A stretch of DNA of 64,000 nucleotides, taken from assembly GCA_018434945.1 (NCBI GenBank), contig JAHDOI010000009.1, positions 3,087 to 67,086 of the forward strand, read 5' to 3'. The stretch is from Selenomonadales bacterium. GTDB lineage: Bacteria > Bacillota > Negativicutes > Sporomusales > UBA7701. Positions 9,309 to 19,500 of this stretch are shown here, piece by piece; the first letter of the stretch is position 1; each line of letters opens with the position of its first letter. Position numbers and translations under genes: made by a program. The notes beneath the pieces are model-generated. The model was not told the DNA's origin and did not search any database. It was given only the letters and a program-made list of their open reading frames with translations.

Positions 9309-10187
9309 TTACGGGGTCTGGCCGAGGACTTTGACAGGCTCGAGCGACGATGCCCGGGCATCGCGCCTGGCGATGCCGAGGAAACGGCCGGTCTGGCTAT
9401 AGACAGCCAGCAAACCGCCGCCCGACGGGATATCATGCGGGATGTTCTGGCCGTGGCAGAAGCGTTTTGCTTCGCCGTCTGCGAGGACGACGCGGGCGAG
9501 GTGGCGGATGGCGGTATCCACGGGCAGCAGGGCTGCATCCGGATCGGCGGCGACCTCTTCGAAAGATTTCGCATCAGCCAGGGTGAAGTCCCCCACCCTT
9601 GTCCGCACAAGGAAGGACATCACGGCCGGACAGCCGGCTCTTGCGCCGATATCGGCACACAGCGTCCTTATATACGTGCCTTTTGAACATGTCACATCGA
9701 ACAGAATGGTCGGCGCGGCGACCCTGACGAGGCTGATGGCGGAAATAGTAACCGCGCGCGGCTGCCGCTCGACGGCGATACCGGCGCGGGCCAATTCGTA
9801 CAACTTGCGGCCGCCGACCTTGATGGCGGAGTGCATCGGCGGTATCTGCTCGCTCTCGCCGAGAAAGCTGGCGAGCACGGCGGCTATTTCTTCCGCCGGC
9901 GGCAGGCTGAAGTCTGTGCGGGAGGCGATGACCTCGCCGCTGTCGTCGCCGCTGTCGGTCGCGTACCCGAAAGTAAGCTCGGCGCGGTAAGCCTTGTCGG
10001 CGTCGGCGGTGAACTCGATCAGGCGGGTCGCAGGGCCGAGGAAAACAGGCAGAACCCCGGCCGCGGCCGGATCGAGCGTGCCGGCGTGGCCGACCTTCTT
10101 CAGACCATATACCCGGCGCACGAACGAAACGACATCATGCGACGTCACCCCCGGCGGCTTGAGCACATTGACGATGCCTGACCTCAT
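9309..10187 (-). CDS. truB: tRNA pseudouridine(55) synthase
   Basis: KVGHAGTLDP, PPMHSAIK, CSKGTYIR. Confidence 0.98.
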   Translation of the reverse strand: MRSGIVNVLKPPGVTSHDVVSFVRRVYGLKKVGHAGTLDPAAAGVLPVFLGPATRLIEFTADADKAYRAELTFGYATDSGDDSGEVIASRTDFSLPPAEEIAAVLASFLGESEQIPPMHSAIKVGGRKLYELARAGIAVERQPRAVTISAISLVRVAAPTILFDVTCSKGTYIRTLCADIGARAGCPAVMSFLVRTRVGDFTLADAKSFEEVAADPDAALLPVDTAIRHLARVVLADGEAKRFCHGQNIPHDIPSGGGLLAVYSQTGRFLGIARRDARASSLEPVKVLGQTP

Positions 10188-11140
10188 AAGCCCGCTTCCG
10201 CCAACAGGCGTTCGGCCGCCCGCAGGATCTGCTCCTTCGCGCCAGCCAGAGCGCTATTCACCGTACAGCCGGAGGCGCGGGCATGTCCGCCGCCGCCGAA
10301 GGCCAGCGCAAGGCGGCTCACATCGCAGCGGCGCGAGCGGAAACTCACCCGGGTGGCGCTGTCGTCGACCGGTTTGAACATCACCGCAATCTCCACCCCC
10401 TCGATGTTGCGGGGGTAATTGATATAGCCCTCGGTCGACTCCGCGCCATTTTCGCCGGTGTCGATATCAACCGTCACGGCGGCGATCCTGCCGCCAGCAT
10501 GTATCTCGAGGCTGTCGAGAACGCTGCGGAGGGTCATGATACTGGCAAGCGGCTTTGTTTCGAGCTGTTCGGCGATCACATGGGGCTGGGCGCCGCGGTC
10601 GATCAGGTCTGCGGCGTGGCGGAGCGTGGACGACGACGTATTCGCGTACCGGAAGAAACCGCAGTCGGTGGCGATGGCTGTGAACAGGTTGACGGCCATG
10701 TCCTTGCTGATCTCTAGCTTCAAGAGATGCAAAAGGTCGAGGATTATCTCGCCGGTCGCCGCCGCCTGACTGTCGATGTACCAGTAATCCGCGAACTTCG
10801 TGTTCGAGATGTGGTGGTCGATATTGAGCGTCTTCGCCTTCACCGCCTCGCCCACGCCGACGATGCGGTCGGCGTCGCTGGCGTCGAGAATGACGAGCAG
10901 GTCGGCCGCCACCTCGCCCTGCGGGCGGCGGATGAGGTCGGCGCCTGGCAGGAACCGGTAAACGTCCGGCACCTCGTCGTCGAGGAGCAGCGTCACCTTT
11001 TTGCCGCAGGCGGCCAGGGGCGCGTGGAGGGCCAGCATCGACCCAAGGGAATCCCCGTCCGGGTGGATGTGGGCGGTTATGACAATTTTCTCGGCTTCGA
11101 CAAGCATCCGGGCGGCACGACGCAGGGAGATCTCCATCAC
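10184..11140 (-). CDS. nrnA: DHH/DHHA1 oligoribonuclease / pAp phosphatase
   Basis: HIHPDGD, IDHH, TDCGFF, GGGGHARASG. Confidence 0.93.
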   Translation of the reverse strand: MMEISLRRAARMLVEAEKIVITAHIHPDGDSLGSMLALHAPLAACGKKVTLLLDDEVPDVYRFLPGADLIRRPQGEVAADLLVILDASDADRIVGVGEAVKAKTLNIDHHISNTKFADYWYIDSQAAATGEIILDLLHLLKLEISKDMAVNLFTAIATDCGFFRYANTSSSTLRHAADLIDRGAQPHVIAEQLETKPLASIMTLRSVLDSLEIHAGGRIAAVTVDIDTGENGAESTEGYINYPRNIEGVEIAVMFKPVDDSATRVSFRSRRCDVSRLALAFGGGGHARASGCTVNSALAGAKEQILRAAERLLAEAGL

Positions 11141-11493
11141 CGGTCCGCCTCTTCGCGTTTTAGCTTAGCCAGGAGTTCGTTAATATGAGCGCCGTATTCC
11201 AGCGATTCGTCGATATGGAGCGACAGCTCGGGGCTGAAGCGCAACTGGATGCGTTTGCCGATCTCGCTCCTGAGATGGCCTACCGCCTTCTGCAGCGCCT
11301 GCCAGGTGGCCGTCTTCTCCTCCGCGCTGCCCATGAGGCTGACATACGCCTTGGCGGAGCGCAAGTCGCCGGTGACGTCCACCCTGGTGACGGTTACGAA
11401 ACCGATCCGCGGGTCCTTGAGCTCCGTGAGAATTATCTTGCTTAGTTCCTGTTTGATGAATTCCTGCACCTTCTCGGCGCGTAGCTGACCCAT
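11137..11493 (-). CDS. rbfA: Ribosome-binding factor A
   Basis: LKDPRIGFVTVTRV, LRFSPELS. Confidence 0.98.
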   Translation of the reverse strand: MGQLRAEKVQEFIKQELSKIILTELKDPRIGFVTVTRVDVTGDLRSAKAYVSLMGSAEEKTATWQALQKAVGHLRSEIGKRIQLRFSPELSLHIDESLEYGAHINELLAKLKREEADR

Positions 11494-11511
11494 AATCTAT
11501 CCCCCGCTTCG

Positions 11512-14184
11512 TTAGCTGGGTTTGACGAGTTCCATCGTAAACGCCTCGATGATATCGCCTTCCTTGATATCGCGGAATTTCTCGATAGTGATGCCGCACT
11601 CGTAGCCGGTGGCGACTTCCTTGACATCGTCCTTAAAGCGCCTGAGAGACTCGATCTTGCCCTCGTGCACGACGATGCCGTTGCGGATGATGCGCACCTG
11701 CGAGTTGCTGGTGACCTTGCCTTCGAGCACATACGAACCGGCGACCACCGCCTTGGGAACGGAGATGAGCTGCCGCACCTCGACGCGGCCGAGAACGACC
11801 TCCTTGTACTCGGGGGCGAGCATGCCGGTCATGGCGACCTCCACATCGTTGAGGGCCTCGTAGATGACCCTGTAGAGGCGGATGTCAATCTTCTCCTTGT
11901 CGGCCGCCTGACGCGCGTTGGTGTCGGGGCGGACGTTGAAGCCGATTATCAGCGCGTTGGCGGTCGAAGCCAGCATGACATCCGACTCGTTGATCGCGCC
12001 GACGCCGGCGTGGACGATATTGACGCGCACCTCTTTGTTCTTGAGGTTTTCGAGCGCCTGGCGCAGAGCCTCGATCGAACCCTGCACGTCAGCCTTGACG
12101 ACGATGTTCAGATCCTTGAGGCTGCCTTCCTGGATATGCTTGAACAGATCGTCGAGCGACACCTTCGAGGTCTGAGCCTGATCTTCGGTGCGCTTCTTAG
12201 CGACGCGCTTCTCGGCTACCGCCCGCGCGGTGCGCTCATCGACGGCATACAACACGTCGCCGGCCTGGGGAACGTCGGACAGGCCGAGCACTTCCACCGG
12301 CGTTGCCGGCAGCGCTTTCTTGACCTTGTCGCCGCGGTCGTTGATCATCGCCCGCACCTTACCGAAAGCCACCCCGGCGATAATCGAATCGCCGACATGC
12401 AGCGTGCCCTTCTGGACGAGAACGGTGGCGACGGGTCCGCGGCCCTTGTCGAGCTGGGCCTCGATGATCGTGCCGAGAGCAGCCCGGTTGGGATTAGCCT
12501 TCAGATCGCCCATCTCGGCAACAAGCAGAATCATCTCCAGCAGTTCGGGGATGCCTTGTTTGGTGTACGCGGATACAGGCACCATGATCGCATCGCCGCC
12601 CCAGTCTTCGGCAATAATGCCGTGGTCGGCCAGCTGCTGCTTGACGCGATCGGGGTTGGCGCCGGGGCGGTCCATCTTATTGATGGCCACAATGACCGGC
12701 ACCTTGGCCGCCTTGGCGTGATTAAGCGCTTCGATGGTCTGCGGCATGACGCCATCGTCCGCGGCCACCACCAAAATGGCGATATCGGTGACGTTAGCGC
12801 CGCGGGCACGCATGGACGTAAAAGCCTCGTGACCGGGCGTGTCGAGGAAAACGATCTTCTTACCCTGGTGGGTAACCTGGTAAGCGCCGATATGCTGGGT
12901 GATGCCGCCCGCTTCCTGGGCGGTAACATTCGTCTGACGGATAGAGTCCAATAGCGACGTCTTGCCATGGTCGACGTGACCCATGATGGTGACCACCGGC
13001 GGTCGCGGCAGAAGGCTGGCTGCCTCGTCCTCGATCGCGGCGATCTCGGTCGGGTCGGCCTCAGGCGGCAATTCCTCCACCGTCACGCCGAACTCGCTGC
13101 CGAGAACGACGGCGGTATCGAAATCGATTTCCTGGTTTATCGTCGCCATGATGCCGAGCATCATGAGCTTCTTGATGACTTCGCTGACCTCCCGGCCCAT
13201 CTTTGCGGCCAGGTCCTTGACGGTGATCGACGGCCCGATTTTGATATCCTTCGGCCGCTGCGGTTCCGGCTTGGGAGCCTGCGGACGCGACGGACCACCG
13301 GAGTGCCTGCCTGCCGGCCCGCGGCGATTGTTGGTGTTGCGGTCGCCAAACGGCTTGCCCTGATCGCGGCCGCGCTGCGGACCGCCCGACGCCCTGCCAG
13401 GAGGACCGCCTGCCGGTCTGCCGCCCTGCGGGGGCTGGCCGGGGCGCGAGCCCACCGGCGGCCTGCCGCCCTGTTGCGGACCCTGGCCGGGTCTTGGCCC
13501 CATTGGCGGACGGCCTTGCTGCGGACCGCCCATCGGCGGCCTGCCGCCCTGTTGCGGACCCTGGCCGGGTCTTGGCCCCATTGGCGGACGGCCTTGCTGC
13601 GGACCGCCCATCGGCGGCCTGCCGCCCTGCTGGTACGGCGGCTGTCCCGGCCTCGGCGGCTGTCCCATCGGCGGACGGCCTTGCTGCGGACCGCCCATCG
13701 GCGGCCGCTGGCCCTGCTGGTACGGCGGCTGTCCCGGCCTCGGCGGCTGTCCCATCGGCGGACGTTGGCCTTGCTGCTGCGGACCGCCCATCGGCGGCCG
13801 CTGGCCTTGCTGGTACGGCGGCTGACCCGGCCTCGGCGGCTGTCCGGGACGCTGCGGGCCGACTGCCAGCGGTTGTCCCGGGCGTTGCTGACCGGGCGAG
13901 GGCGCCTGGCCGGCAGGACGGGGCGGCTGCCCGTGCTGCTGCGGTCTCGCCGGCGCGCCCTGCGGGGGCACCGGCGGCCTGCCGGGCGCCTGCACAGGCT
14001 TGGCCGGCTCTTCAGGCACGCCGGTCTTCCGGGCGAAAGTGCGATCGATGATCGCTTTCTCCGGATCGTCGAGGCTGGCCATATGGTTCTTGACCGTTAT
14101 GTTGTTGCGAGCCAGGATATCAATGATAACCTTGCTCGTCGTGTTATAATCCTTCGCTAATTCATAGACTCGGTATTTCGACAT
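11512..14184 (-). CDS. infB: Translation initiation factor IF-2
   Basis: [18 protein letters not shown]; IF2_N subdomains separated by a long PGQ-rich repeat. Confidence 0.99.
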   Translation of the reverse strand: MSKYRVYELAKDYNTTSKVIIDILARNNITVKNHMASLDDPEKAIIDRTFARKTGVPEEPAKPVQAPGRPPVPPQGAPARPQQHGQPPRPAGQAPSPGQQRPGQPLAVGPQRPGQPPRPGQPPYQQGQRPPMGGPQQQGQRPPMGQPPRPGQPPYQQGQRPPMGGPQQGRPPMGQPPRPGQPPYQQGGRPPMGGPQQGRPPMGPRPGQGPQQGGRPPMGGPQQGRPPMGPRPGQGPQQGGRPPVGSRPGQPPQGGRPAGGPPGRASGGPQRGRDQGKPFGDRNTNNRRGPAGRHSGGPSRPQAPKPEPQRPKDIKIGPSITVKDLAAKMGREVSEVIKKLMMLGIMATINQEIDFDTAVVLGSEFGVTVEELPPEADPTEIAAIEDEAASLLPRPPVVTIMGHVDHGKTSLLDSIRQTNVTAQEAGGITQHIGAYQVTHQGKKIVFLDTPGHEAFTSMRARGANVTDIAILVVAADDGVMPQTIEALNHAKAAKVPVIVAINKMDRPGANPDRVKQQLADHGIIAEDWGGDAIMVPVSAYTKQGIPELLEMILLVAEMGDLKANPNRAALGTIIEAQLDKGRGPVATVLVQKGTLHVGDSIIAGVAFGKVRAMINDRGDKVKKALPATPVEVLGLSDVPQAGDVLYAVDERTARAVAEKRVAKKRTEDQAQTSKVSLDDLFKHIQEGSLKDLNIVVKADVQGSIEALRQALENLKNKEVRVNIVHAGVGAINESDVMLASTANALIIGFNVRPDTNARQAADKEKIDIRLYRVIYEALNDVEVAMTGMLAPEYKEVVLGRVEVRQLISVPKAVVAGSYVLEGKVTSNSQVRIIRNGIVVHEGKIESLRRFKDDVKEVATGYECGITIEKFRDIKEGDIIEAFTMELVKPS
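13453..13845 (-). repeat. In-frame tandem repeat array in infB (two exact 78-nt units plus 87/93-nt units)
   Basis: Identical 78-nt units start at 13456 and 13534, with a partial third at 13612. Related units start at 13625, 13712 and 13805. Confidence 0.95.
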
Positions 14185-14218
14185 TCATCCACCCCCAAAA
14201 TTCTTCCGCTGCCTGAGC

Positions 14219-14524
14219 TCAAACCTTGAAAATCTCGCCGATCGCCTTGCCGAAGCCGGCGTCGGTCACGGCGATCGCCGCCCTCGGCGGTTTCCCGGTG
14301 GCGTGGCCGAACTCATCTTTGGAAAGTCCTTCATAACACGCGACCTCGTAAAAAGCCGACAGGTCACGGTAACTTTTTTTCGTATTATCCGAGGCGTCGG
14401 CGGCAACAAGCACCAGCCTGGCCTTGCCGGAGCGGACCGCGTATTCCACGGCGACCTCGCCCGAGGCGATCTTTCCTGCCTTCTGGGCGAGACCGAGCAG
14501 AGATATCAGCCGTGAGCGGTTCAT
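14219..14524 (-). CDS. ylxQ: L7Ae/L30e-family RNA-binding protein YlxQ
   Basis: LLGLAQKAGKIASGE, VAADAS. Start placed at MNRSR (14524), with an ATGA overlap with the ylxR stop. Confidence 0.92.
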   Translation of the reverse strand: MNRSRLISLLGLAQKAGKIASGEVAVEYAVRSGKARLVLVAADASDNTKKSYRDLSAFYEVACYEGLSKDEFGHATGKPPRAAIAVTDAGFGKAIGEIFKV

Positions 14525-14787
14525 GGCTTCTTCAGCCCGGCCCTGAGCGCCGCGAACACATCCTCGCTGATCGCGTGCTCCAGCGCCTTCTCCAGGCGCT
14601 TCGCCTTGACAGCTTTCGCCAGGCATTCCTCGCTCGGGCACACATACGCGCCGCGGCCGGCTTTCTTACCGGTGCTGTCGAGCAGTATCCCGCCGTCGGG
14701 GGTGCGCACCACCCGCAGCAGCTCCTTCTTCGTCTTCATCCCCTGACAGCCCACGCACATCCGCTCGGGAACCTTCTTCTGCTTCAT
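14521..14787 (-). CDS. ylxR: YlxR (RnpM) RNA-binding protein
   Basis: [15 protein letters not shown]; between nusA and ylxQ. Confidence 0.95.
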   Translation of the reverse strand: MKQKKVPERMCVGCQGMKTKKELLRVVRTPDGGILLDSTGKKAGRGAYVCPSEECLAKAVKAKRLEKALEHAISEDVFAALRAGLKKP

Positions 14788-14800
14788 CGGGTTTCCCTCC

Positions 14801-15844
14801 CTACACAGGCGTCTGGACCTGGGACTCGCTCTTGATATCGATCTTCCAGCCGGTTAGTTTAGCCGCGAGGCGGGCGTTCTGGCCCTCTTTGCCGATGGCG
14901 AGCGACAACTGGTAATCAGGCACGATAACACGCGACGCCTTCTCGGTCTCGTTCACATCGACGGCGACGACTTTTGCCGGGCTGAGCGCGTTGGCGATAT
15001 ATTTGCCCGGATCGGCGTTCCATTTCACGATATCGATCTTCTCACCCTTGAGCTCGTTGACGATCGTCTGGACCCGCATGCCTTTGTGGCCGACGCAGGA
15101 GCCGACGGGGTCGACGTTCTCGTCGCGGGAATGGACGGCGATTTTCGAGCGTAGCCCGGGTTCGCGGGCCACCGACTTGATCTCGACGATGCCGTCGTGG
15201 ATCTCGGGAACCTCAAGCTCGAACAGGCGCTTCAAAAGGCCGGGATGAGTGCGCGACACGAGTATCTGGGGGCCCTTGGTCGTTTTCTTGACCTCGATAA
15301 TATAAGTCTTCAGGCGGTCGCCGTGCCGGTAAACCTCGCCGGGGATCTGCTCCGACGGCTGGAGGATTGCCTCGGCTTTGCCGAGATCGACGAATACATT
15401 CTTGGCCTCGATGCGCTGCACGATACCTGTCACGATATCGCTCTCGCGGCTGGAATACTCCTCATAGATTATGCCGCGCTCGGCCTCGCGGATACGCTGC
15501 ACGACCACCTGTTTGGCAGTCTGGGCGGCGATGCGGCCGAAATTTTTCGGCGTGACCTCAAGCTCGACGACATCCTCCAGCTCGTAGCGCGGATCAAGCT
15601 CACGCGCCTCAGGCAGGGAAATCTCCAGCCGCGGGTCGGCAACTTCCTCAACCACAGCCTTGCGGGCGTACACGTGGATGACGCCCGTATCGCGGTCAAG
15701 GGCTACCCGAACATTCTGGGCCGAGCTGAAGTTGCGCTTGTAGGCGGAAATCAGGGCCGCCTCGATAGCGTCGAACAAAACCTCCGGCGCAATCCCCTTC
15801 TCCCTTCCCAGTTGCTCGAAAGCCTGCATGAATTCTGCATTCAT
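14801..15844 (-). CDS. nusA: Transcription factor NusA
   Basis: [35 protein letters not shown]. Confidence 0.99.
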   Translation of the reverse strand: MNAEFMQAFEQLGREKGIAPEVLFDAIEAALISAYKRNFSSAQNVRVALDRDTGVIHVYARKAVVEEVADPRLEISLPEARELDPRYELEDVVELEVTPKNFGRIAAQTAKQVVVQRIREAERGIIYEEYSSRESDIVTGIVQRIEAKNVFVDLGKAEAILQPSEQIPGEVYRHGDRLKTYIIEVKKTTKGPQILVSRTHPGLLKRLFELEVPEIHDGIVEIKSVAREPGLRSKIAVHSRDENVDPVGSCVGHKGMRVQTIVNELKGEKIDIVKWNADPGKYIANALSPAKVVAVDVNETEKASRVIVPDYQLSLAIGKEGQNARLAAKLTGWKIDIKSESQVQTPV

Positions 15845-15879
15845 TTTGATTTTCTACCCCCTATTCAATTTTCACTATG

Positions 15880-16338
15880 TCAAAACTCCACGTGCAGCCT
15901 CACCAGCGAGGCCTGGTCGCGCGGAATACTCATAGGGCTGCCGTCTACCTCGAGGCCGATGGCGCTGTCGTCGGCTGACATCAACGTGCCGACCAGCGTC
16001 TTCTGGCCGTTGACCGGCGCGAAAGTATGCACCTCTACCTTATCGCCCAGGTGGCGGGCGAAATCCTTGGCCTTCTTCAGCGGCCGGTCGAGGCCGGGCG
16101 AAGAAACCTCCAGGAAATAGCTGTCCTTGATCGGGTCGAGCTCATCGAGCCTGTTCTCCAGGCGCTCGCTCACCCACTGGCAGTCTTCCACGCCGATGCC
16201 GCCCTCCTTGGAGAGAAAGACGCGCAGATACCAGTCCCGCTCCTTCACATACTCCACATCCACAAGCTCGAGCGCCGATCCCTGGATAATCTCGGTCACC
16301 AGCTTTTCGACAAGCACTTCCACTTCTTTTGCAGCCAT
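15880..16338 (-). CDS. rimP: Ribosome maturation factor RimP
   Basis: LEVSSPGLDRPL. Confidence 0.97.
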   Translation of the reverse strand: MAAKEVEVLVEKLVTEIIQGSALELVDVEYVKERDWYLRVFLSKEGGIGVEDCQWVSERLENRLDELDPIKDSYFLEVSSPGLDRPLKKAKDFARHLGDKVEVHTFAPVNGQKTLVGTLMSADDSAIGLEVDGSPMSIPRDQASLVRLHVEF

Positions 16339-16452
16339 TATTGTTCCACCCCTAAATTCGTAATCGCGGCCGTACGGACACGGCCTCCACTTAGTTTAGC
16401 CTGAGCCGTTCCCCCTCATACCGATGAGCGAGCGGCCGGCTGGCATAAGATG

Positions 16453-16476
16453 AAAGAGTGGGTTGCAACCCACTCT
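16453..16476 (-). terminator. rimP/nusA leader attenuator hairpin
   Basis: AGAGTGGG-TTGCAA-CCCACTCT followed by a short TTTC tract, in the 5' leader. Confidence 0.75.
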
Positions 16477-16505
16477 CCTGCGCACACTGCTACATATCCA
16501 AAATT

Positions 16506-16534
16506 ATTATAACACCGCAGGGTAAAATTTACAA
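16506..16534 (-). promoter_or_regulatory. SigA promoter for rimP-nusA-infB operon
   Basis: TTGTAA-N17-TATAAT with extended TG. Confidence 0.85.
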
Positions 16535-16551
16535 CCCGCTACGCAAATAAA

Positions 16552-19500
16552 TCAGGCGAACAGGGCGATCTGGTCGTCTTCCGGCAGATCGCCGAGCGCT
16601 CCGTGCTCGCGGAGCGTGTCGACGACCGGCTTGGCGGCCCGGCTGCGCGCGCGCAGATCCTCCGCCGATGTGAACGGCTTCTCCGCGCGGGCCGCCACGA
16701 TGCTGCGGGCCGCGTTGTCCCCCACCCCCTGCAGCGACGCCAGCGGCGGCAGCAAGCCGCCGTCGACGATCAGAAACCGGGTGGCGTCCGATTTATAAAG
16801 ATCGACGCGCTCGAACTTATAGCCACGGAGATACATCTCCAGCGCCATCTCGATGATCGTCGCCAGCCCCTTCTCCTTCGCCGAGGCGGCCGGACCCTTC
16901 TGCTCAAGCTCGGCCAGCCTCTGGCGGAGCGCCGGGACGCCCTTCACGATCAGATCGGCGTCGAACTCGGTCGCCCGCACGGTGAAATACGACGCATAGA
17001 AGGCCAACGGGTGGTGGATCTTGCAATAGGCGATGCGGAAAGCCATCATCACGTACGCCACCGCATGAGCCTTGGGGAACATATACTTTATCTTCTGGCA
17101 CGACTCCACATACCAGGCGGGAACGCCATGCTCCCCCATCACCGCCACATCGTCCGGCTTGACCCCCTTGCCCTTGCGGACATCCTCCATCACCTTAAAC
17201 GCCGTCTGCGGCTTAACCCCCTTGTGGATAAGGTACACCATAATGTCGTCGCGGGCCGAGATCGCCTCGGAGAGCTTGGCTGTGCCGCTCTTGATAAGAT
17301 CCTGGGCGTTGTTCAGCCACACGTCGGTGCCGTGGGAAAAGCCGCTTATCCGGACAAGCTCGCTGAAATTCTGCGGCTTTGTGTCCTCCAGCATCTGACG
17401 GACGAACTTCGTCCCGAACTCGGGAATACCGAACGTGCCGACCGTCGAACCGAGCTCCGCTGGGCTGAGGCCGAGAGCATCGGTGGACGAAAACAGGCTC
17501 AGCGTCGGCTTATCGTCGAAGGGGATCGCCTTGGGGTTGAGGCCGGTCAGATCCTCCAGCATCTTTATCACCGTCGGGTCGTCGTGGCCTAGGATATCCA
17601 GCTTGACCAGCCGGCTGGATATCGAATGATAATCGAAGTGGGTCGTGATCGTGGCCGAATTCTTATCGTCGGCCGGGAACTGGATCGGTGTGAAATGGTG
17701 GATATCCATGTCCCGCGGCACGACCATAATGCCGCCCGGGTGCTGGCCGGTCGTACGCTTCACCCCCGTGCAGCCGCTTATCAGGTGGTTGATGTGGGCG
17801 TTGCGGGCTGTGATCCCTTTATCCGCGAAATAATTGCGGACAAAGCCGTACGCCGTCTTGTCGGCGATCGTCGCGATCGTGCCGGCGCGGAAAACGTTGT
17901 CGCGGCCGAACAGCTCCTCGGTGTACTTATGAGCCACCGGCTGGTAATCGCCGGAGAAGTTGAGATCGATATCAGGCACCTTGTCGCCGTGAAAACCCAT
18001 GAAAACCGCGAACGGGATATCGTGGCCATCCTTCACGGCCGCCGCGCCGCACGCCGGGCAGGCGCGGTCGGACATATCGAAGCCGCAGCCGTACGACCCG
18101 TCGGTCACGAACTCGCTCCAGCGGCACTCCGGGCAGCGCCAGTGGGGCGGCAAGGGGTTGACCTCGGTTATGTCGGTCATCGTCGCCACGAACGATGAGC
18201 CCACGGAGCCCCGCGACCCGACGAGATAACCGTCGTCCAGCGATTTCTTCACAAGTTTGTGGGCAATGAGATAAAGCACCGCGAAACCGTTGTTGATGAT
18301 CGAATCGAGCTCGTACTTAAGGCGCTCGGCCACAAGCTCCGGCAGCGTATCGCCGTAAAGCAGCCGCGCCTTGGCGTACGACATCGACTTTATCTGCTCC
18401 TCGGCGCCCGGGATCTTCGGCGAGTACAATTCGTCGGGTATGGGCTTGATTGAATCGATCTCCTCGCTGATGCGGCGGGTGTTCTCGACAACAACCTCAT
18501 ACGCCTTGTCCTTCCCCAAATAAGCAAACTCGGCCAGCATCTCCCCTGTTGTGCGGAAATACAGCGGCGGCTGCTTGTCGGCATCGTCGTACCCCTGGCC
18601 GGTCATCAGGATGCGCCGGTAAACCTCATCCTCAGGCTGAAGAAAATGCACGTCGCAGGTCGCCACCACCCGCTTGCCCAGCCGCTCGCCCAGGGCGCAC
18701 ATCCGCCGGTTCAGGTCGCGCAGCCCCTCCATGTCGGCGAAGCGACCCTGCCGCACCAGGAACTCGTTATTGGTAGCCGGCTGGATTTCGAGATAATCGT
18801 AAAAAGACGCGATTTTACTAATTTCGTCGTCACTCGCGCCGTTAATGAGCGCTTGCATGCATTCCCCGGCTTCGCACGCAGAACCCAAAATCAGACCTTC
18901 GCGGTGCTCGGCCAGGATTGCGCGCGGGATGCGCGGCGAACGGTGCAGATACTTGAGGTGGGACAGCGACACCAGCCGGTAAAGATTGCGGAGGCCGACG
19001 CTGTTGCGGGCGAGAATGATGATATGGTAAGACTGGCTGATATCGTCGTCGAAGAGGTAGCCTTCCATGCCGTAGATAACCTTGATGCCGGACTTGGCCG
19101 CCTCCTCCTCCGCCTCGGGAAACGCCTGCACGACGCCATGATCGGTGATCGCCACCGCCGGATGCCCCCACTTGGCGGCCGTCTTGATGAGCGCCTTTGT
19201 GGCCACAACGGCGTCAAGGGCGCTCATGCGCGTATGGGCGTGCAGTTCGACCCTTTTAACCTCGGCCGTGTCGGTGCGTTCCGGTTTGGCGAGGCGGCAC
19301 ATGCTGTCGGCGAACATCACCAGTTCGTTGGCGTATTTGTCATATTGAACAGTCCCCTTGACCTTGACGAGCATGCCGTCGGCCAGTCCTGCGGCCAATT
19401 TGGCGATCTGGGCCTTGTCGTCGAAGAAGGCCTTGCCGCTGATCCCGCCGCCGAGATCGGCCACATCGAAGGACAGCAGCGTCCGCCCCGACTTCAGCTC

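Noticed and set aside
11494-11511. Absence of ylxP (DUF503) between infB and rbfA
   Set aside because: Patchy presence is common outside Bacilli, so it is not informative.
13453-13845. Regularly spaced repeats as a possible CRISPR array
   Set aside because: The units are contiguous, in-frame multiples of 3 inside infB, have no unique spacers, and there are no cas genes.
14177-14183. TGTCGAA Spo0A box at the infB start
   Set aside because: It is explained by the codons for Met-Ser-Lys.
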